64,000 bases of DNA from positions 1 to 64,000 of the forward strand of contig JBKHIT010000010.1 in the NCBI GenBank assembly GCA_046538485.1, written 5' to 3'. Source of the stretch: Candidatus Brocadiia bacterium (GTDB lineage Bacteria; Planctomycetota; Brocadiia; SM23-32). Position 1 is the first letter of the stretch. The number at the start of each line of letters is the position of its first letter. Both the position numbers and the translations under genes were made by a program. This document shows positions 57,556 to 64,000 of the stretch, one piece after another. The notes under the pieces were generated by a model that saw only the letters and a list, made by a program, of their open reading frames with translations, did no database searches and was not told the origin of the DNA.

Positions 57556-58824
57556 ATGGGAATGACGCTCACGGAAAAAATCTTAACCGATCACTGCGAT
57601 GCCAGTTCTCTCGCCCCGGGCGAATATATTTTCGCCGAGGTTGACCTATGCCTGGGCAACGACATCACGGCACCGATTGCTATCGACGAATTTGAGAAGG
57701 CGAGTTTTGAAGACGTCTGGGACCGGACACGTATCGCGCTTGTGCCCGACCATTTTACGCCCAACAAAGATATCAAGGCGGCCACATTGGCCAAGCAACT
57801 ACGGGATTTTGCCCACAAACACGATATCGAACACTATTTCGAAGTGGGCCGCGTCGGGATCGAACATGTCCTGCTGCCCGAAAAGGGCCTTGTAGGTCCC
57901 GGCGATCTCGTGATTGGAGCCGATTCCCATACCTGCACTTACGGGGCGCTGGGAGCCTTCAGCACCGGCGTGGGGAGCACCGATCTGGCGGCGTGTTTTG
58001 CAACAGGAAAAGCCTGGCTCAGAATCCCTGAGTCGATACGATTCAATTTCACCGGTTCGCTCCCTCGCTGGGTCGGCGGGAAAGATTTGATACTCTATAC
58101 AATCGGCCAGATCGGCGTTGACGGTGCATTGTATCGGGCGATGGAATTCTGCGGCCCCGTCATCGAGAACTTACCGATGGACGACCGTTTTACCATGTGC
58201 AATATGGCCATTGAGGCCGGAGGAAAAAATGGGATTATCGCCCCGGATGACAAAACAGAAAATTATTGCGCGGGTCGGGTTGATCAGATCCGAAATGAAT
58301 ACGCGAGCGATCCTGACGCCGAATATATCGAGGAATACAACTGGGACGTATCGGATCTGAGCCCGCAAGTCGCGGAACCTTTCTTGCCATCAAACGCCCT
58401 TCCAGTTGAAAATCTGTCAGGGATCGAACTTGACCAGGTTGTCATTGGATCGTGCACCAACGGGCGTCTCAGTGACCTGCGTATCGCGGCAGAAATTCTT
58501 AGGGGCAAAAAAATTGCCTCCAATATGAGGCTTATTATTTTGCCTGGAAGCCAACAAATTTATCAAAAAGCCATGGAAGAAGGGCTACTGAAAATATTCG
58601 TGGATGCCGAAGGCGTTGTCAGCCCCCCAACGTGCGGGCCGTGTTTGGGCGGACATATGGGTGTTCTGGCCGAAGGTGAACGAGCTCTGGCAACAACAAA
58701 TCGCAATTTCCGCGGTCGCATGGGCCACCCCGACAGCGAAGTATATCTGTGCGGACCAGCGGTTGCTGCAGCCAGCGCAATTACGGGTTGTATCACTCAT
58801 CCCGAAGAAATAGATAAAGCATAA
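57556..58824 (+). CDS. leuC: 3-isopropylmalate dehydratase large subunit (short LeuC/HacA type)
   Basis: GADSHTCT.GA, IGSCTNGR, CGPCLG, TNRNF.GRMG. Confidence 0.93.
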   Translation: MGMTLTEKILTDHCDASSLAPGEYIFAEVDLCLGNDITAPIAIDEFEKASFEDVWDRTRIALVPDHFTPNKDIKAATLAKQLRDFAHKHDIEHYFEVGRVGIEHVLLPEKGLVGPGDLVIGADSHTCTYGALGAFSTGVGSTDLAACFATGKAWLRIPESIRFNFTGSLPRWVGGKDLILYTIGQIGVDGALYRAMEFCGPVIENLPMDDRFTMCNMAIEAGGKNGIIAPDDKTENYCAGRVDQIRNEYASDPDAEYIEEYNWDVSDLSPQVAEPFLPSNALPVENLSGIELDQVVIGSCTNGRLSDLRIAAEILRGKKIASNMRLIILPGSQQIYQKAMEEGLLKIFVDAEGVVSPPTCGPCLGGHMGVLAEGERALATTNRNFRGRMGHPDSEVYLCGPAVAAASAITGCITHPEEIDKA

Positions 58825-58885
58825 AACGCAATCTCTACAGGGGTAAAAGCAGTTTTGCAGGATTGCAGGAAAGAGAGTAATCATT

Positions 58886-61800
58886 ATGTCTTGCTACATC
58901 GGACTTGACGTGGGATCAATCAGTGCTGACTTTGTGGTAGCCAACGAAAAGGGGCGGGTGCTCGACTCCAGTTACATTCGGACATTCGGCCAACCCCTCC
59001 CTATTGTTTTAGAGCAGCTTAAGGCTCTTGAACAAAAACACGAGGTCAGCGGGGTCTGCGTGACCGGGAGTGGAGCCAAAATTGTCGCTGAACTCCTCGA
59101 TGTGCCCTTCATCAATGAAATAGTCGCCCAAAGCAAAGCTACAATGGAATTGCATCCTGAAGTGCGTACTATCATGGAAATCGGAGGCGAAGATTCCAAA
59201 CTTATCCGCATTGAACAAGGGGATGACGGTTCACCCCGTGTGGTCGACTTCGCCTTGAATAGCATGTGCTCCGCGGGAACAGGATCTTTCCTCGATCAAC
59301 AGGCTTCACGCCTCCTCGTCAGCATTGAAGAATTCGCCGAACTGGCGTTGAAAAGCGATCACCCGGCACGAGTGGCCGGTCGATGCTCCGTCTTCGCAAA
59401 AAGCGATATGATTCACCTCCAGCAGCAAGGCACACCGGATTACGACATTATCGCCGGTCTCTGCTTCGCGATGGCAAGGAACTTCAGAAGCACTCTCGGG
59501 AAAGGCAACGATTTCGCCCGGCCCGTCGCTTTCCAGGGAGGTGTGGCTTTCAACCCCGGTATGCAACGGGCTTTCAAAGAAGTCCTTCAACTCAAAGACG
59601 AGGAGTTCATTATCCCGGAGAACCCGGGGTGCACGGGCGCTTACGGAGCCGTTCTGGATGCGCTGGAAAAAGACCTCGATTGTTCGGTTTCCGATTTCAG
59701 TGCCATCGAAAAACACATGGATGAATACACGCATGAAGCCGAGCGCCTCGATCAACTCATTGATGACGGGTATGGAACCGATACCTCCTGTCATAAGCTC
59801 CCGGATCAGAACGAAATAGCGGAGGTGTATGTCGGGGTCGATATCGGTTCTATCAGCACAAATGCCGTGGTAATTGACCCGAATATGAATGTTATTTCCC
59901 GCTGCTACCTGATGACCGAAGGTCGGCCCATTGAAGCGGTCAAAAAAGCCCTCTACCAGGTCGGACAAGAAATCGGCGACAAGGTAGAGGTCAAGGGAGC
60001 CTGCACAACGGGCAGCGGACGCTATTTGATTGCCGAGTTCATCGGCGCCGATCTGGTGAAAAATGAAATCACCACACACGCACGGGGAGCCATCGCCATG
60101 GACCCCGAAGTTGATACAATTTTCGAAATCGGGGGCCAGGACGCAAAATATATATCGCTGCAGGATGGCGCGGTGGTGGATTTTGCAATGAACAAGGTCT
60201 GCGCCGCCGGAACAGGCTCCTTCCTTGAAGAACAAGCCGAAAGGCTCGATCTCAATATCGAAGAAGAATTCGGCCAAACCGCCCTCTCAAGCGAAGAACC
60301 GGTCAAACTGGGTGAGCGCTGCACGGTCTTCATGGAAAGCGATTTGAACTACCACCAGCAAAGAGGAGTCGCTACACCCGATCTCGTCGGCGGACTCTGC
60401 TATTCGATCGTCTACAACTACTTGAACCGCGTCGTTGAAGACCGCAGAGTCGGAGATAACATATTTTTCCAGGGCGGAGTGGCCTTCAACAGGGGTGTGA
60501 AAGCGGCCTTCGAACAGATCACCGGCAAAAAAATTACCGTTCCCCCCCACCAGGATGTCATGGGCGCCGTGGGAGCCGCGATCATCGCCCGAGAAGACAG
60601 CCCCGAGACATCCACGTTCCGCGGGTTCGATTTGCGAGATGTGCAATACGAACTCACCACTTTCGAATGTAAAGGTTGTTCCAACCGCTGCGAAATCCAT
60701 AAAGTATCGATTGAAGGCCAAAAACCACTCCACTACGGCAGTCGGTGCGGCAAATACGACGATCAGAAAAAATACAAAAAGGGAGAGGGACTTCCGAAAC
60801 TTTTTGAAGAACGTGAAGAAGCGCTCCTCAATACATATTCCAAAAACCAGCCTGACGATCCGCTCAACGTGCGTATCGGGATTCCCCGCGCTCTCACATT
60901 TTTCGACCTTTACCCGCTCTGGAAAGCCTTTTTCACCGAGCTCGGATGCGAGGTTGTTCCCTCAAAACCTACGAACCGCCAGGTCATCAGCCAGGGATCC
61001 GAGCACACCACCACCGAAACCTGCCTGCCGATCAAAGTGGCTCACGGCCATGTCGCGAATCTGCTCGAAAGGGATGTCGATTACATCTTTGCTCCGAGCG
61101 TGATAAATATGGAACATGAGGCCGAGGAGATTGTGCATAGCTATCTATGCCCGCTGGTGCAAAGTCTCCCCTACCTGTTACGGGTGGCTTTTGCGGAACA
61201 GGTGGAAGCGGGCGAACTGCCGCTGATCGCTCCGGTTATGCATTTCGAAAACGGCCGCAAACATATCGACGGAAAGCTGAGAGATCTGGCCCAGATGTTC
61301 GAAGTCCCCTCCAGCCGAGTTAACCGAGCTATTGAAAAAGGATGGGAAGCACTCGATCGCTTCCATGCAACATGCCAAAAGCGAGGGCAGGAGATACTTG
61401 ACGGACTGGGAGAGGACGAAATTGCACTGGCTATCATGAGCCGTCCGTACAATGGTTGCGATCCTGGCATCAACCTCGCCATCCCCGATAAATTACGCGA
61501 TCTGGGCGTTCTGGCGATTCCCATCGATTTCCTCCCGCTCGACATCCGCGGCATCCAGAACGACTTTCCACATATGTACTGGAAATACGGCCAGAAGATC
61601 ATCGCCGCCGGAAAATATATCGCCGACAAACCGAACCTCCACGCAATTTACATCACGAATTTCCGCTGCGGCCCCGATTCGTTCATAACAAAGTTTTTCG
61701 CACGCGTCATTGGGAAACCCTATCTCACACTCGAAATCGACGAGCATAGCGCCGATGTCGGCGCCATAACACGCTGCGAGGCGTTTATCGATAGTCTCCG

Positions 61801-63091
61801 AAGCTCCAAATCGCGCCATAGCAAGAAAAGGGCACGCGGAGAAGACTTATTTTTCGACATCCGGGAATGCGAAGAAGATGTCACAATTTATATTCCTTAC
61901 ATGGATGATCACGGTTTGATGATGCAGTCAGCACTCCGCGCAAACGGCATCAACGCCGAGGCCCTGCCGGTATCCGATGCCGAAAGCGTTGAAATCGGCC
62001 GATCCTTCACAACCGGAAACGAATGTTTCCCGTGCATTCTCACAACAGGAGATATCGTTAAAAAAACCCGGGAAGAGAGTTTCGAGCCCGACAAATCGGC
62101 ATTTTTCATGGCGCAGGCCAACGGACCCTGCCGGTTTGGCCAGTACCATAAGTTCCACCGAATGGTGCTCGACGACCTGGGGCTTGATCAGGTAAAGATG
62201 GTGGTCCTTGATCAGACAAACGATTTCTCCAATTGCCTCCAGAGTTTTGGCCCCGATTTTTATAAAACCTGCTGGGAACTGCTTGTGATCGTTGATTACA
62301 TGCAGAAGCTGGTTCGGGAAACCCGACCTTATGAAATCAATGAAGGCGAAACCGACCGGAGCTATAAAGAATGTCTTCACCAGCTGGCCGAAATTGCGGA
62401 AGAAAAAGCAAATTATTCCAGTTTCGTACCGGAAATTTGCAGCCGACTCGAAAGTATTCCGATCGATGATTCCCAAGAACGGCCCTTGATCGGTATCGTG
62501 GGGGAAATCTACGTGAGATCGAACCCATACGCCAATAATTTCCTCGCCCGACGACTCGAAGAAAACGGCGCTCAGGTGATGTTGCCCCCCTTCCAGGAAT
62601 GGATCAACTACATTGCCGCTGACCGACGTGAAATCGCCTGGCAGGAAGGCAAAATCTGGTCGTTCGTCAAAGAATGGATCACCGAGTTCGCCGCACGCTG
62701 GACCGAAGGGCGTATCAGCAAAAACTTCCAGGAGTCTATCAACCACATTCCCCGGGAAAGTAGCATCGGAGAAGTGATAAAACTCGGGGCGCGATACCTT
62801 GATCCCACGGTGAAAGGAGAAGCCATCCTCAGCATGGGGCGTGCGGTCGAATACGCCCATCACGGGTTCGACGGTATCATAAACGTCGCTCCGTTCGGAT
62901 GTATGCCCGGTGCAATTGTCAATAGCCTGCTGGAAAAATACCGACGCAACCACAACATCCCTGTTTTGAAACTCGATTACGACGGCCTGCAACAGTCAAA
63001 TGAGGGCACAGCCCTTGAGGCATTCATCCATCAGGCCCGACTCCACATGCGGCAGAAGAAACAAGAAGCTTACGCAGACCAATCACATTGA
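58886..63091 (+). CDS. 2-hydroxyacyl-CoA dehydratase activase-like multidomain protein (two BadF/BcrA ATPase domains plus DUF2229-like and dehydratase-like domains)
   Basis: Two GxDxGS...TGSG...EIGGxD...CxAGTG...RCxVF units; CKGCSNRC; CLPIKVAHGH; GPCRFGQY; PFGCMPG. Confidence 0.92.
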   Translation: MSCYIGLDVGSISADFVVANEKGRVLDSSYIRTFGQPLPIVLEQLKALEQKHEVSGVCVTGSGAKIVAELLDVPFINEIVAQSKATMELHPEVRTIMEIGGEDSKLIRIEQGDDGSPRVVDFALNSMCSAGTGSFLDQQASRLLVSIEEFAELALKSDHPARVAGRCSVFAKSDMIHLQQQGTPDYDIIAGLCFAMARNFRSTLGKGNDFARPVAFQGGVAFNPGMQRAFKEVLQLKDEEFIIPENPGCTGAYGAVLDALEKDLDCSVSDFSAIEKHMDEYTHEAERLDQLIDDGYGTDTSCHKLPDQNEIAEVYVGVDIGSISTNAVVIDPNMNVISRCYLMTEGRPIEAVKKALYQVGQEIGDKVEVKGACTTGSGRYLIAEFIGADLVKNEITTHARGAIAMDPEVDTIFEIGGQDAKYISLQDGAVVDFAMNKVCAAGTGSFLEEQAERLDLNIEEEFGQTALSSEEPVKLGERCTVFMESDLNYHQQRGVATPDLVGGLCYSIVYNYLNRVVEDRRVGDNIFFQGGVAFNRGVKAAFEQITGKKITVPPHQDVMGAVGAAIIAREDSPETSTFRGFDLRDVQYELTTFECKGCSNRCEIHKVSIEGQKPLHYGSRCGKYDDQKKYKKGEGLPKLFEEREEALLNTYSKNQPDDPLNVRIGIPRALTFFDLYPLWKAFFTELGCEVVPSKPTNRQVISQGSEHTTTETCLPIKVAHGHVANLLERDVDYIFAPSVINMEHEAEEIVHSYLCPLVQSLPYLLRVAFAEQVEAGELPLIAPVMHFENGRKHIDGKLRDLAQMFEVPSSRVNRAIEKGWEALDRFHATCQKRGQEILDGLGEDEIALAIMSRPYNGCDPGINLAIPDKLRDLGVLAIPIDFLPLDIRGIQNDFPHMYWKYGQKIIAAGKYIADKPNLHAIYITNFRCGPDSFITKFFARVIGKPYLTLEIDEHSADVGAITRCEAFIDSLRSSKSRHSKKRARGEDLFFDIRECEEDVTIYIPYMDDHGLMMQSALRANGINAEALPVSDAESVEIGRSFTTGNECFPCILTTGDIVKKTREESFEPDKSAFFMAQANGPCRFGQYHKFHRMVLDDLGLDQVKMVVLDQTNDFSNCLQSFGPDFYKTCWELLVIVDYMQKLVRETRPYEINEGETDRSYKECLHQLAEIAEEKANYSSFVPEICSRLESIPIDDSQERPLIGIVGEIYVRSNPYANNFLARRLEENGAQVMLPPFQEWINYIAADRREIAWQEGKIWSFVKEWITEFAARWTEGRISKNFQESINHIPRESSIGEVIKLGARYLDPTVKGEAILSMGRAVEYAHHGFDGIINVAPFGCMPGAIVNSLLEKYRRNHNIPVLKLDYDGLQQSNEGTALEAFIHQARLHMRQKKQEAYADQSH

Positions 63092-63227
63092 AGCAAAACG
63101 CGTTGAGCGTTTAACCGGTACAACAGCCCCCGGAAAGCGTGTACGAAGCATAACGCAAAAGAATACCAGAACATGCGTATAAACCGAGCGGATCGCGTCC
63201 GAAATAAAAACAAAAGGAGATGCTCCC

Positions 63228-63716
63228 ATGGAAGGTAAGTGCTGGATATTCGGCGACGATATCAATACCGACGAAATCATTCCGGCCCGATACCTGAATA
63301 CCACCGATCCCGAAGAACTGGCCGCCCACTGTATGGAAGACGCCGACGCCAATTTCGTCAGTAAAGCCGAACCCGGAGATATCATAGTCGGCGGCAGAAA
63401 CTTTGGTTGCGGTTCCAGCCGCGAACACGCCCCTATCGCTATCAAAGGTTTCGGAATCCAGTGCGTTGTCGCGGAATCATTTGCCCGCATATTTTTCCGC
63501 AACTGCATCAACATCGGCCTCCCCATTGCCGAATGTCCCGATGCCGCCTCCGAAGTGAAAGAAGGCGATGTGCTGGAAATCGATGTTGAAGAAGGACGGA
63601 TTACAAACACCAGCCAGGGCAAAACCTACGACTTCCGCCCCTATCCAGAAGAAATCCGCGGTATCATTAAAGCTGGGGGGCTGATGAATTTCGCCCGCCA
63701 GCTCAAGACAGAATAA
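63228..63716 (+). CDS. leuD: 3-isopropylmalate dehydratase small subunit
   Basis: INTDEIIPARY, NFGCGSSREHA, FARIFFRN. Confidence 0.95.
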   Translation: MEGKCWIFGDDINTDEIIPARYLNTTDPEELAAHCMEDADANFVSKAEPGDIIVGGRNFGCGSSREHAPIAIKGFGIQCVVAESFARIFFRNCINIGLPIAECPDAASEVKEGDVLEIDVEEGRITNTSQGKTYDFRPYPEEIRGIIKAGGLMNFARQLKTE

Positions 63717-64000
63717 GACCGTCAGGACGCTTCATAATTCAGCTCTATTCAAAGCTCCTTCTGCCGACTGCCCTCATGCTCCCAAAGTGCCCCGATAGCG
63801 CCTCCCCGCTAAACCGAATGTTTCATGAATTCAAGGGGATAATTATTGTAGGATCTTGCTCAAATACGCTTTACGTGAAAAAGTCAGGGTATGTTTTTTG
63901 TGCGCAGGGTGTACTGAGAAATCTAAAAAACGAAAGAAAGAATTTCAAAAATACTTGCAACAGGTCTTCTTTTATGTATCATTATGCTTAGTTGCTGGTA

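Overview
Bacterial chromosomal window, probably from an anaerobic PVC-superphylum member (Planctomycetota-like). This assignment is inferred from a DUF1559/H-X9-DG prepilin-like gene, large LamG/glycoside-hydrolase-like proteins, an IspH-UbiA fusion and a CoA-dehydratase activase. About 1-26 kb is accessory DNA. It holds a type I restriction-modification operon (hsdR-GxxExxY-hsdS-hsdM, minus strand) whose intergenic spaces are filled with palindromic repeats, carbohydrate-active-like genes (one broken), an HTH regulator with a B12 radical SAM gene, and a type II RM pair (XhoI/PaeR7I-family endonuclease plus SPPY methyltransferase). About 26-64 kb is mostly housekeeping: aldolase, znuABC with an RHH regulator, dut, coaC, yidD, rnpA, apbE, hflX, ispH-ubiA, rpiB, moxR, degP, TPR proteins, GT9, UDP-glucuronate decarboxylase, a nonsense-interrupted zntA/cadA, and leuC-activase-leuD. 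The best candidate for an undescribed system is a small GxxExxY (PD-(D/E)XK-like) nuclease gene sitting inside a tandem array of five structured ~135-200 bp repeat units. These units have 27-bp terminal inverted arms and internal hairpins showing G-T wobbles and one compensatory change. No rRNA, tRNA, CRISPR array or transposase was recognised. All calls come from reading motifs by eye; no database search was run.
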